A stretch of 64,000 bases of DNA from Candidatus Thorarchaeota archaeon. Its GTDB lineage: Archaea; Asgardarchaeota; Thorarchaeia; Thorarchaeales; Thorarchaeaceae. Position 1 is the stretch's first letter. Each line of letters opens with the position of its first letter. The notes under the pieces were generated by a model that ran no database searches, had not been told where the DNA came from, and saw only the letters and a program-made list of their open reading frames with translations. Of this stretch, positions 9,946 through 19,721 are shown in pieces. The stretch is from NCBI GenBank assembly GCA_048882325.1, contig JBHLRS010000009.1:32001-96000 (forward strand). The letters run 5' to 3'. A program made the translations under genes and the position numbers.

Positions 9946-10689
9946 TCACATCTGAGGGTCGAAAGATCGTATCTCTCGTACTAATTCCTCGGCAGAATCT
10001 ATTTTTGATATACATAAAGGTAGGTGTATGCTGTCAGCTATCTTTACAGCAAGTGGATCCAGCTCTTTCACACCTTGTAGAATCACCACTGCTGGTTTTA
10101 CAGCCACCGAGGTGCCAATCTGACTGGCTTTTATTGCCACCATTGGAGACCGGCCAGTGGTAACATTGGTGAGAACTGCTCCACGTTGAGTCGTTCCACC
10201 ATAAAGACGAAGTAGTTGCTGTGGAGTCAAACTGACAATAGCTTTGATACTATCAAGAACAGTATAACCATAGATGTCCCTATCGAGTAAGTTCCGGTGG
10301 GTCAAGATTTTACAGTCAAGATGATTCACAAGCAGACGTGATGGTATTGGAACCCCAAATTCACGGCTATCAAGGATTGCATCAGAAGAGATTTCGGGAG
10401 TGATAAGTTTCTCCAGGGCTATTGCTACCCTTCCACCCTCAGATGCATCCATCTCAATTAATCCTTCCACAAAACGTTTGATTGTTTCCACTCGGGGTGA
10501 TTTCCGTCTTCCACTCTCATAGTCACTAATTACTGAGGGTGAAACATTGAGATGTTTGGCGAGATTCTTCTGGGAGATGTGAAATCTTTCACGCCACCGT
10601 CGCATTACGGCGCCAGGATCGCTCTCTGCGAGGCAAATCTCACCAGCCATTGCTTCTGCAAGTCTCCGGAGCGCCTCACTATTGTCCAT
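9946..10689 (-). CDS. XRE-HTH transcription regulator (COG1709-like)
   Basis: PGAVMRRWRE..ISQKNLA...VISDYESGRRKSP; TNVTTGRSPMVAI. Confidence 0.85.
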   Translation of the reverse strand: MDNSEALRRLAEAMAGEICLAESDPGAVMRRWRERFHISQKNLAKHLNVSPSVISDYESGRRKSPRVETIKRFVEGLIEMDASEGGRVAIALEKLITPEISSDAILDSREFGVPIPSRLLVNHLDCKILTHRNLLDRDIYGYTVLDSIKAIVSLTPQQLLRLYGGTTQRGAVLTNVTTGRSPMVAIKASQIGTSVAVKPAVVILQGVKELDPLAVKIADSIHLPLCISKIDSAEELVREIRSFDPQM

Positions 10690-10804
10690 AACCTGTTTGC
10701 TCTTGAGAATCGCTATAAGAGTTGTGCACTACTGGTTAGTGACTGGCGGGATTGTACCGAAGGACTCAAAGCAGTTGCTTGAGCTGTTCGGATTGGTTCT
10801 GCAT

Positions 10805-11569
10805 ATGTTTTTCACGTTCATTGTTGGTACTGCTGGGTCAGGAAAATCTCTACTCACTGCATCACTGGAGAAGTGGCTTGTTGGGTCGGATTTGAGTGTG
10901 GCTGTTGTCAATTTGGACCCTGGTGTTGACTCTCCACCGTATACAAGTAATGTCGATATCAGGGAATACGTAGACTACGGGGAAGTAATGAGTTCATTTG
11001 GCTTGGGTCCAAATGGGGCTCTTGTAGCTTCACTGGACATGGCAGTTAGTAGTGTAAACGATATGAGAGATGAGATTATTGATACCGATCGAGACTATGT
11101 TTTAGTAGACTGTCCTGGACAGATGGAGCTTTTTGCATATCGAAATTCCGGACCTTTGATGGTTTCTAGTCTCAGTGGTGATGATCCTTCACTCTCTCTA
11201 TATTTGCTTGATTCCAATATTGCTAGAACTCCTACTGGCTATCTCTCTTCAACTCTATTGGGAATCTCGATTAGTATACGATTCAGCTTGCCACAACTGA
11301 ATATCTTGAGTAAGCCAGATATCTTGACTGAGGAAGAGGTGGAAGAGATTGTAGGGTGGGGTTCAGAACCATATTTGCTTGAGGAGGCACTAGAATCATC
11401 TTCAGAAGGACTGCGAAGAGAGTACTCGAGGTCGATTATGGAGATGCTCGAATCTCTAGACACTGCAATTGGTAGTGTACCGGTTTCAGCTAAAGAAATG
11501 ACTGGGATTGATTTGTTGTACGGGGAAATGCAACGTATTTTTGCAGGTGGAGACAATCTATACGAGTGA
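10805..11569 (+). CDS. GPN-loop GTPase
   Basis: GTAGSGKS, NLDPG, GLGPNGAL, DCPGQME; start refined to ATG 10805. Confidence 0.93.
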   Translation: MFFTFIVGTAGSGKSLLTASLEKWLVGSDLSVAVVNLDPGVDSPPYTSNVDIREYVDYGEVMSSFGLGPNGALVASLDMAVSSVNDMRDEIIDTDRDYVLVDCPGQMELFAYRNSGPLMVSSLSGDDPSLSLYLLDSNIARTPTGYLSSTLLGISISIRFSLPQLNILSKPDILTEEEVEEIVGWGSEPYLLEEALESSSEGLRREYSRSIMEMLESLDTAIGSVPVSAKEMTGIDLLYGEMQRIFAGGDNLYE

Positions 11570-11576
11570 TGGGTAT

Positions 11577-12602
11577 TTGACCAAATATTTCGTCTATATC
11601 TCTGGTGAAGCTGTTGAGGTGGCAAAAGCAGAGGTAGATGTATTGATTCGTCTATCGGAGATTGATAAACATGTCAATTGGGATGGACGTATAGGTCTAG
11701 TGGACTCGCATGATGATCCAACCCCTTTCTTTCTTGAACGAGCTGCTCTGATCAAAGAGGCGGGAATAGTCTTGGCTGAAGCAGACTCACAGGATGAATT
11801 GCTCAGTGACCTATCAGATGATGTGTTAATGGATGCTATTGGAATTGAACACACCTTTTCTGTAAGAACAGTATCTGAGAATGGAAGTGTTTCTATCCGT
11901 GATAAGCGTGATTTTGAAACCAAGCTTGGTGCATACATCAAACATGCTGTTAGTGCGAAAGTGGACTTAGATTATCCTCAAGCACGTATTCTTGCTATTT
12001 TCACAGCGGGACAAATTCGAGTATGCAAATCTATAGCTTCAAAACTAAGACCAATGTTGAGAGAGAGAGAACCCGGTCGAAAACCATTCTTTCATCCTAG
12101 TATGATGAATGCCTTTCTAGCAAGAGTAATGTGTAATCTTGCAGGAGTTATGCCAAATGAAACAGTACTCGACCCATTTTGTGGAGGTGGAGGAATTCTT
12201 TGCGAGGTTTCACACATTGGCGCAAGATCAATTGGAGTTGATTTGAACTGGCGACTCCTATCGGGAAGTGTGGAAAATCTCTCTTCAGTTGGCCAAAATT
12301 ATAGCGTCATTCAGGGCGATGCTCGGTATATGCCAATTCTAGAATGTGACTGTATTGTGACAGATCCACCCTATGGGAGAGCAAGTTCGACTAGGGGAGC
12401 TCAGGCTATAGGACTCGTGGAGTCACTCTTTGGTAGAGTTGACATGATTCTTCGTCGTCGATATGACAGTGTTTGTATATGTGGGAGCGACAAAATGAAC
12501 CTAAAGGACTTGGCTGAGAGAATGGGTCTTACGGTGAGTCGAATCCTACAAATCAGAGTTCATAGTGGATTGGTTAGAGAGTTACTGGTGCTTGGGGTTT
12601 AG
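11577..12602 (+). CDS. tRNA (guanine(10)-N2)-methyltransferase, THUMP plus SAM domain (Trm11/TrmG10)
   Basis: KPFFHPS, LDPFCGGGG, VTDPPYGR, RVHSGL; probable TTG start at 11577. Confidence 0.85.
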   Translation: MTKYFVYISGEAVEVAKAEVDVLIRLSEIDKHVNWDGRIGLVDSHDDPTPFFLERAALIKEAGIVLAEADSQDELLSDLSDDVLMDAIGIEHTFSVRTVSENGSVSIRDKRDFETKLGAYIKHAVSAKVDLDYPQARILAIFTAGQIRVCKSIASKLRPMLREREPGRKPFFHPSMMNAFLARVMCNLAGVMPNETVLDPFCGGGGILCEVSHIGARSIGVDLNWRLLSGSVENLSSVGQNYSVIQGDARYMPILECDCIVTDPPYGRASSTRGAQAIGLVESLFGRVDMILRRRYDSVCICGSDKMNLKDLAERMGLTVSRILQIRVHSGLVRELLVLGV

Positions 12603-13024
12603 TTGTGAACAATCCTGCCGTCTTTGGTCGGAGGAGTGAACCACTTCACAAATTGATCATATTCTTGTTCTGAAGAAAAGACAAGGACAATTTCTATACA
12701 GCCTAGAGGAGGCAATTCTTGGTTGTCATCAATTATTCGGGTTTTCTTAGCTAGTGCAGCTTGCTTGTCAAAGTAAATCTTGGTCGATGTTCCATTCCAG
12801 TTCGATTCTAATCGTTTCCGAGCTGCATCGATGATTCTTGTTTCATGAATTGCTTGCCGCACGTGATTCATGACATCGCGGTTCTTGAAGGTTCCAGAGA
12901 TATCTGATACTTCACTGCCCTTCGTGATTACAAACTCAAGTCCACCCAGAAGATTATCAAGTGCCTTTCCAACTTTCGTGGTGTCTTCGGTGGGGTTTAC
13001 TGGACATGAAACGAGAACTTCCAT
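12599..13024 (-). CDS. DUF54/COG1931 RNA-binding protein
   Basis: PVNPTED..KV..AL.NL, IIDAARK, FDKQAA, PPLGCI. Confidence 0.8.
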   Translation of the reverse strand: MEVLVSCPVNPTEDTTKVGKALDNLLGGLEFVITKGSEVSDISGTFKNRDVMNHVRQAIHETRIIDAARKRLESNWNGTSTKIYFDKQAALAKKTRIIDDNQELPPLGCIEIVLVFSSEQEYDQFVKWFTPPTKDGRIVHN

Positions 13025-13025
13025 C

Positions 13026-13565
13026 TCAGACCAGCCTCTTTACCAATTTCTTGGACTGATCTTGAAATTCATCGAGTGAGCCTTCATTTACAATCATAAT
13101 GTCACTTAGGGCTATTACTCCTCCTAGACCCACCGAAATTTCTCTGATGTCACGTTCTCTGAAAACTTCCCAACTAGAAGGTGCATCCTCACGGTTTCGT
13201 TCACAAAGTCGTCTGTAGCGTTCCTTTGGGGAAGTATGGACACAGATGATGACAACAGAATCAGCGCAATCATCAAAGACATCGATCTCAGCAATGCTTC
13301 TACAACCCTCGATGACGACGATGTCTGAATTAAGTTCTTTCAGTTCATCTACACAGAAACTTGCGACTGCTCCAGGACCGTTCTTTTCTCGAAGTTCTAG
13401 CATGACTTTCTTGGTATTTTCTAGGTTTGGCTCAAGTCCGCGCCTTCGAGTTTCATTGCGTATCACATCGCCCATCACAATCACTGGAATACCAGCATCA
13501 TGAAATGCTTGAGCGACACCACTCTTTCCCGCACCTGGCATACCAGTCACTATTATCAGTTTCAT
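13026..13565 (-). CDS. dephospho-CoA kinase-like P-loop kinase (archaeal COG0237)
   Basis: VTGMPGAGKS, MGDVIR, IEGCRS, ERDIRE; start refined to ATG 13565. Confidence 0.8.
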   Translation of the reverse strand: MKLIIVTGMPGAGKSGVAQAFHDAGIPVIVMGDVIRNETRRRGLEPNLENTKKVMLELREKNGPGAVASFCVDELKELNSDIVVIEGCRSIAEIDVFDDCADSVVIICVHTSPKERYRRLCERNREDAPSSWEVFRERDIREISVGLGGVIALSDIMIVNEGSLDEFQDQSKKLVKRLV

Positions 13566-13688
13566 TGTTCCCACCTGAAACCTCTCGCCTTCGTCTTGTG
13601 ATTGTCCTTTAAGAATTCCCTTAGAGCCAACTAGCGTCACTGTAATATCGTGGATGTGCATTATTTAATCGTCAATAGAGGTGTTTGT

Positions 13689-14258
13689 GTGACTGATGAA
13701 GTCAGATCTTTTCTTAGTATAGATATCGAAGACCAATCATTGTTGTCACAGATTCTGAATATTCAGGGAAGGTTAGACCAGAGTGCAGCAAAGATGAAGA
13801 TTGTCAAGAGTGAGAACATTCACTTCACACTGCGGTTCTTCGGTGATACGCCTTTGACAAAGTTGGACCAAATCAAGACGCGTCTTGATGAATTAGACTT
13901 CGACCCATTTGAGATTGAAATCGCAGGTGTTGGTGCGTTCCCAAACAAGAAACGACCCAGAGTAATTTGGATTGGAGTTACACAAAATGCATCTGAAGTT
14001 GTGAAACTCAAGGCCAAGATCGATTCTTCATTAATCGATATTGGTTATCAACCTGAGCAAAGAAAGTATACACCTCATGCAACAATTGCCAGGGTTCGTC
14101 ATGTTAAGAATGCGAAAAGAATTGCTGACAATCTGGAATATCTGTCTGGTGAAATTATTGGTAGAATGAGAGTCGTGCGACTAACTATGATGAAGAGTAC
14201 CCTCACTCCCTCAGGACCAATTTATGAACCCCTATGGGAGGTCGGTAATGAATCCTGA
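13689..14258 (+). CDS. thpR: RNA 2',3'-cyclic phosphodiesterase
   Basis: Two 2H motifs, HFTL and HATI; STLTPSGPIY. Confidence 0.92.
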   Translation: MTDEVRSFLSIDIEDQSLLSQILNIQGRLDQSAAKMKIVKSENIHFTLRFFGDTPLTKLDQIKTRLDELDFDPFEIEIAGVGAFPNKKRPRVIWIGVTQNASEVVKLKAKIDSSLIDIGYQPEQRKYTPHATIARVRHVKNAKRIADNLEYLSGEIIGRMRVVRLTMMKSTLTPSGPIYEPLWEVGNES

Positions 14259-14264
14259 AAGAAG

Positions 14265-14401
14265 TGGTGGGCCGGGGGAGACTTGTTCCGATGGGGGAAG
14301 TCCCGAATCGTTTGAACTCCCGATCTCTTGCATTCTGTGACTTGAGGCGTAAATCCTCAGCCGCCCCAAGCAAGAATCATACCAAGCTAGACTACCGACC
14401 C
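14265..14401 (-). tRNA. tRNA-Pro(GGG) with two introns (37/38: 14333-14363; 58/59: 14283-14311), CCA encoded
   Basis: Acceptor GGGTCGG/CCGGCCC, anticodon stem CTTGC/GCAAG, T-stem GGGAG/CTCCC. Strict BHB in the T-loop (GTTC/GAAC; bulges AAA and AAG). Confidence 0.9.
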
Positions 14402-14495
14402 GTGCTGCATGAGTCTTTTGAGATACTCATGACTGAATTGCCGTGTCTCGAACTTAAGATAAACATTACCACTCTTTCGAGTGTTCAAAGAAGTT

Positions 14496-14511
14496 TGGAA
14501 CACATGTTCTA
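14496..14511. promoter_or_regulatory. TGGAACACATGTTCTA palindromic site
   Basis: 15/16 identical to the origin-region motif at 48471-48486. Confidence 0.5.
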
Positions 14512-14601
14512 ATAGCTCTCGTAATTGCATGAAAAGATTCAGACTTATCAGTATCTTCACTATCCACCATAGATTGTAGCTCAAACAAGAGATGGCTTAG
14601 G

Positions 14602-15651
14602 ATGGTTACAGATCTAGTATACCACGATATCTTCGTTGAACACGTGATGTCTAGAGGACATCCTGAAGGTCCTGAAAGACTGAGAAGTGCGATGAGTTCT
14701 ATCGGTGGTGCAGGTCTACTGAATGATCAGAAAGTGAATCTATTAACTCCAGAGAAAGCCATTTTGGATGAGGTGTACCAAATTCATGGGAAAGCGTATC
14801 TTGAAGGTATAAGAGCAAAATCGGAGAAAGGAGGTGGTATATACACAATGGACACCTCTGTCAACTCATTCACATATGATGCTGCATTGTTTGCAGCTGG
14901 CGGAGGGATAAAGGCAGTTGATCGGGTCATGTCGGAAGATTCAGAGAATGGCTTTCTGCTGTGCAGACCCCCAGGTCATCATGCGGAGTTTGAACGTGCT
15001 TTTGGTTTCTGTTTTATCAACAACATTGCAGTTGCTGCTAAACATCTCTTGGAAAAACATGATGTTGAACGCGTAATGATAGTTGATTATGACGCGCATC
15101 ATGGAAATGGAACGCAGCGAAGTTTCTATTCCTCGAAGGATGTACTTTATGTTGGACTACATCAGGATGGAAGAACTCTATTCCCAGGATCTGGATTTGC
15201 TAGTGAAATTGGAGTTGGAGAAGGTGAAGGTTACACAGTAAATCTGGCAATGTACCCAGGAGCTGGAGATAGGTCGTATGACTTGGCTTTTACCAAAGTT
15301 CTCGATCCCATTGCTAAATCGTTCAACCCTGACTTCATACTTGTTTCTGTTGGCTACGACGGACATTTCATGGATCCGTTGACAAACCTCGGACTGACTA
15401 CTGCAGGCTTTGCAATGATGAATTCCCGTCTAAAACGGATGGCTGAGAGTCATGCTGATGGGAAGATAGTAGCCTTTCTAGAAGGTGGGTATAATCTTGA
15501 TGTGATGGGTATGTGTGCCTTGAACCTTGTTCAAGAATTTGCTGGTTTGAAAGTTACAAGGTTTGATGATGAGAACACAGAGAGCACAATTGCAACCGAG
15601 TATACCGAGAAACTGATTGAGAAGATCGTAACAGATTCACCCCTGGTTTAG
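14602..15651 (+). CDS. histone deacetylase family protein
   Basis: HPE, RPPGHHA, GFC, DAHHGNGTQ, DGH..DPL, EGGY. Confidence 0.93.
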   Translation: MVTDLVYHDIFVEHVMSRGHPEGPERLRSAMSSIGGAGLLNDQKVNLLTPEKAILDEVYQIHGKAYLEGIRAKSEKGGGIYTMDTSVNSFTYDAALFAAGGGIKAVDRVMSEDSENGFLLCRPPGHHAEFERAFGFCFINNIAVAAKHLLEKHDVERVMIVDYDAHHGNGTQRSFYSSKDVLYVGLHQDGRTLFPGSGFASEIGVGEGEGYTVNLAMYPGAGDRSYDLAFTKVLDPIAKSFNPDFILVSVGYDGHFMDPLTNLGLTTAGFAMMNSRLKRMAESHADGKIVAFLEGGYNLDVMGMCALNLVQEFAGLKVTRFDDENTESTIATEYTEKLIEKIVTDSPLV

Positions 15652-15672
15652 ATTGAGATTCGATGACTAGAT

Positions 15673-18600
15673 TCACATCACAAAAGCGGAAACATTGTCA
15701 TCCATTGTTTTTACTATTAGATTTCTTGGAGTGGTTTCACTTTCTTCAAGGTACTCAGACGCAGTGAGAACGCATACCACTTTGCTAGATTTGCATGTTC
15801 TACAGGCTATTTCACTATGTAAATTGAGAAGTGTATTCAGTTGCTGCTGATTTGGAAATATAACATAAGAAGTATCACCAACACAAAGGTCATAGTATCC
15901 ATGATTTTTGGACACTTTGGAATGATGTTTCTTCAGCTCTTCCTCAATGGAGGTGATTGCCTTTTCCTTTAGATGCTTCAAGACTGATGAATTAACTAGC
16001 CAGAGTCCTTCTGTGAGCTCCATGAATTGTGATTCGCCGTTGACACGGAGGGCAATTAAGACCTCATCAGCTAACAGTTCTGTCAGAGCACGCTTCCCTT
16101 CCTCTATGTTTAGTGGAGCGGACCTGCCCTTCAATGACTGAAGAGCTGTAGTTTCTATGAACTCAAGTAGCTCTTCCCATTTGACTTGTCCATTTGATAT
16201 GTCAACTAGGTCTTGAATCAGACCAAACCATAGCCGAATCTGAATCGCTCTATTGGTTGCGGATCCTACACCATGCATAGCTCCAATCAAATCTACTTTT
16301 TCATGTGATTCCTCCTCCACATCCTCTGCTAGCTGAGTCTGGACAATGGAAGCCTCTGACTGACCTGATTTACTCGCTAGTCCATCAATAATTGAATCTA
16401 AGGATCGTGGAAATGCAGAAACGACACTGACCTCATTGAATTCCTCAGATGAGTCCATCAGTTCCCTTAGTTTTGCAGCTGCAACGCTACCTCGTACAAC
16501 CACAATTAGCTCACTTACCCCATTCTGTAGTTTACTCATCTGTCCTCGAATTCTGTCTAGTGTTGAACCGATTGATGATGCTCGTAAGTGTTCAGGAATA
16601 ACTATCACTGCTCTGTCTTCAAGGACTATGTCCGGCCAATCCAGATTGGCTGACATTGAGGAGGTATTGTATTCTATCCCGAGTTTCTCATAGATATATT
16701 CAACAATCACCCGTCTTACAGCACCTAGGGCTTTTCCTGGTAGAGCAAAAACAAATCCTCCATCTACAAGTGCTAATGCTTCTCTTTCAACACTACCCAA
16801 TGATACTAGATTTCGAATCGCTTCTGAAATGTCATCATCCACAACATTAGAGTCAAGTACAGAGAGAAGATTTCGGATTTCACTCTCTGTCGCCCAGCCC
16901 TCTGATGCAAGGAATGCAACAACGTGATTTCCAAGTCTATCTATTCTGTTAAAGACAAGCGTCTGTGCTTTGATATCTTCAACCGCTTCAGTATTATCCA
17001 AGTCACTAGTAATTGCCCCCTCATCCGATACAGTGGATTCGATAACAGAATCGATTTCACTTTCAGTAATGTCATTAGACGGTTGTTCGCTTTGACCCAA
17101 TGTGTCTGGAAATCGTTGAGTGACAATTTCAAAAGTTTCAGTGTCAGGTATACTCATCAAGGCTCTCCCACGTTGTAGACTTCGGAGATACTGTTCTTGA
17201 TCGCTACTCAATGAAAGAAATCTTCCTCCAACATGACTGTCATAGGGTAAGCGAAACACTACCTTGGTAGATGTGTTTGCTAGGATGTTTGTAGAGATGT
17301 TGGGTCTAGTTGAAACTACAATAACACCTTGTCCTGTAGCCCGTTGTAGCATCACCATAGATTCACCAGTAGTTACATCAGCTGCAGAGTGTCTTGTATA
17401 ACTCTCAGGAACAAGATTGCTTGCTTCTTCTAATACAACAACATGATGTAGACCTTCTGTGATACCTCGCTTCATGGCACTGTCGAAGATACGCTTCGCA
17501 ACAAGATTGTAAAGCAATCGAGCAGAATCCATTCCACCAACACGTGCAACATGAGAAAGATCAAGAATTACGCGTTTAGCAAGTAATTCTGAGAACTGAA
17601 CTGATTCACCCTCTTTACCAAGGATTGATCCTAATGGTTCTCTGGTCAAAATCTCCAGACGGTTGATTAAAGCGTCTCTTGTCATATTCCCAGTCCGATC
17701 GTTACCTGATAATTCGTTAATTGCTGATATTAATGATTGAACCGAGTTTCCATGATTTAACGTTTCTGCGACTCGCATCACAGAGTCTCTGAGTAGTTTT
17801 TCCATTGCTGGAGAGAGTTCAGATGAATCACCTCTTTCATTCAATAACTCCTTCAAAATAACAAATGTTGAATGAGCGTGATTCTCATCATCAGCCATCT
17901 CAGGGTCAATAAGGTTAATGGAGAATGAAGTGTCAAGACCAGGTTTCAATACAAGAACTTCTGTTTCACTATGATTGACCAGACCATGATATTCAGACCC
18001 CTTTACGTCAAATATCCACCAAGGTATAGAAGTCTTCATGCTCAGCTGAGCCATAAGATGCTTGACAAGTGTAGTCTTTCCACTGCCAGTTGCTCCTAAG
18101 ATTGCAATATGTTCTCTTAACCAATTCACCTTCAAGCCAACATCAGATAATCGTCGACCTCCGAACACAGTTTTACCAATAACTAGTTCATTGTCCACTA
18201 ACTCTTTTGTGGGGACTGGAAAAACGGGAGCATGTTTCGGAGTGATTACAGGTAGCTGTTGAATTGGTGTATTCACAAGGGACGACAATTTTGCAATGTG
18301 AATTCGCTGACGTTTCAAATGGCGGCGAGTCAGTATTTTGAAGACATTCCGTTTTGAGTACTTATGATATTTCAGCTTGATGGAGTTTCCACCACCCCAT
18401 ATCGAGTGGATCAACCCTATTACTCCATCCATATCCACATCCATGCGGCTGTTTTTGGTCGGGCTTACTTTGAAATATACTGTAGAGTCAAACCATCCAG
18501 CTCCATCCTGAATTTCTTCATAACGGGTCACCAATCTTTTCTTTGCTGCATGGTCTTGTAATGACTCCTCTTTTCGCTTCTCTTTTGATTGAATGCTCCT

Positions 18601-19473
18601 CCATTGATTTTCAAGTGAACGCTTTTCTTTTCCAGGTTTAGCTGAAGAGAATACACAGGTCATACTTGTGGTATATCCCTGTTTAAGAGATGTCGAAAGG
18701 TATGTTCCAATCTGAGAAGCTTCTAGAGTTGGGAATACCCGTGGTTGTCCTTGCAGAGCTAGGAATCCCAGTAAGTCATTCCCATGCTTGATTTTCAGTT
18801 CTCTCGATTCGAGGCAAATCCCATTTATGTGAGTAAGAGCAACAGATTCGAGAGAGTCACCCTCTAGAAGCTTTAATTCCACATTATTGAGAGATGACAA
18901 AAGAATTGCTTCAGTCCGGGTTGCCTCTCTTCTCAATATCTCCTGTATCTGTTTTGACGTGTGACCGGTTGCTGTGATAAAGATACGTAGGAATGGCTCT
19001 CCATTTGTAACTCCAACCTCAAAAGCCATTGTTATTGATTTGTCCATTCCTGCTCTCATCGCAAGTAACATAGTTTCATTGTATCTCGGTTTTCCATTCT
19101 CATCTAGATACACCGAACCAGAAACTGACATAATATCAAGACAACATGTCCCAATCACAAAGTCATCGAGCTGAACAAGTAGTGTGCTGTCCTGAATCGA
19201 TACTGAAGGATTCTGAAGACGAACTTTCTTCATAGTCAGGTAAGACCCAGTTATAACTGGTATAAGACACACAATCACTTCAACCATTATTTTTTGAGGG
19301 ATAAAGGGTTGACTGAACAGTCCAATCAATGGTAGGAGGTAGACTAGTAGTAGATACAATCCCGATGCTATTGTACTAAACACCCAGACTATAGCTAACC
19401 ATGATTTTGGTCGTCTATGCAAATCATGAGAAGCCACAGCTGTGTTCTCTCGTAGGGAAATACGAAATGGCAT
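15673..19473 (-). CDS. membrane-anchored HerA/VirB4-like (DUF87) ATPase with a long C-terminal extension
   Basis: Two N-terminal hydrophobic helices; GATGSGKTT, FDVKGSEY, VVLEEA, ILANTSTKVVFRL; C-terminal wHTH-like segments. Confidence 0.75.
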   Translation of the reverse strand: MPFRISLRENTAVASHDLHRRPKSWLAIVWVFSTIASGLYLLLVYLLPLIGLFSQPFIPQKIMVEVIVCLIPVITGSYLTMKKVRLQNPSVSIQDSTLLVQLDDFVIGTCCLDIMSVSGSVYLDENGKPRYNETMLLAMRAGMDKSITMAFEVGVTNGEPFLRIFITATGHTSKQIQEILRREATRTEAILLSSLNNVELKLLEGDSLESVALTHINGICLESRELKIKHGNDLLGFLALQGQPRVFPTLEASQIGTYLSTSLKQGYTTSMTCVFSSAKPGKEKRSLENQWRSIQSKEKRKEESLQDHAAKKRLVTRYEEIQDGAGWFDSTVYFKVSPTKNSRMDVDMDGVIGLIHSIWGGGNSIKLKYHKYSKRNVFKILTRRHLKRQRIHIAKLSSLVNTPIQQLPVITPKHAPVFPVPTKELVDNELVIGKTVFGGRRLSDVGLKVNWLREHIAILGATGSGKTTLVKHLMAQLSMKTSIPWWIFDVKGSEYHGLVNHSETEVLVLKPGLDTSFSINLIDPEMADDENHAHSTFVILKELLNERGDSSELSPAMEKLLRDSVMRVAETLNHGNSVQSLISAINELSGNDRTGNMTRDALINRLEILTREPLGSILGKEGESVQFSELLAKRVILDLSHVARVGGMDSARLLYNLVAKRIFDSAMKRGITEGLHHVVVLEEASNLVPESYTRHSAADVTTGESMVMLQRATGQGVIVVSTRPNISTNILANTSTKVVFRLPYDSHVGGRFLSLSSDQEQYLRSLQRGRALMSIPDTETFEIVTQRFPDTLGQSEQPSNDITESEIDSVIESTVSDEGAITSDLDNTEAVEDIKAQTLVFNRIDRLGNHVVAFLASEGWATESEIRNLLSVLDSNVVDDDISEAIRNLVSLGSVEREALALVDGGFVFALPGKALGAVRRVIVEYIYEKLGIEYNTSSMSANLDWPDIVLEDRAVIVIPEHLRASSIGSTLDRIRGQMSKLQNGVSELIVVVRGSVAAAKLRELMDSSEEFNEVSVVSAFPRSLDSIIDGLASKSGQSEASIVQTQLAEDVEEESHEKVDLIGAMHGVGSATNRAIQIRLWFGLIQDLVDISNGQVKWEELLEFIETTALQSLKGRSAPLNIEEGKRALTELLADEVLIALRVNGESQFMELTEGLWLVNSSVLKHLKEKAITSIEEELKKHHSKVSKNHGYYDLCVGDTSYVIFPNQQQLNTLLNLHSEIACRTCKSSKVVCVLTASEYLEESETTPRNLIVKTMDDNVSAFVM

Positions 19474-19721
19474 CTACATCTTCCTCATCATACTAACTCT
19501 AGACCAAGAGAGATTGTTTTTGGAGTTGAACCATCGTACCTTTGTTGAGCATATGAACACCCCTAAACAAATCATCCAATACTATGCACTCTATAGGAGA
19601 ATAAAAACCCAGAAACAGAATGATGAACTGGTGACGAAACCCTAGAAGAGTGATTTCGGTACCTACCTCTCAAAATCCCTAGGGGGTATAGACAATCAAG
19701 AAATCAGACTGGTTCCCAATA

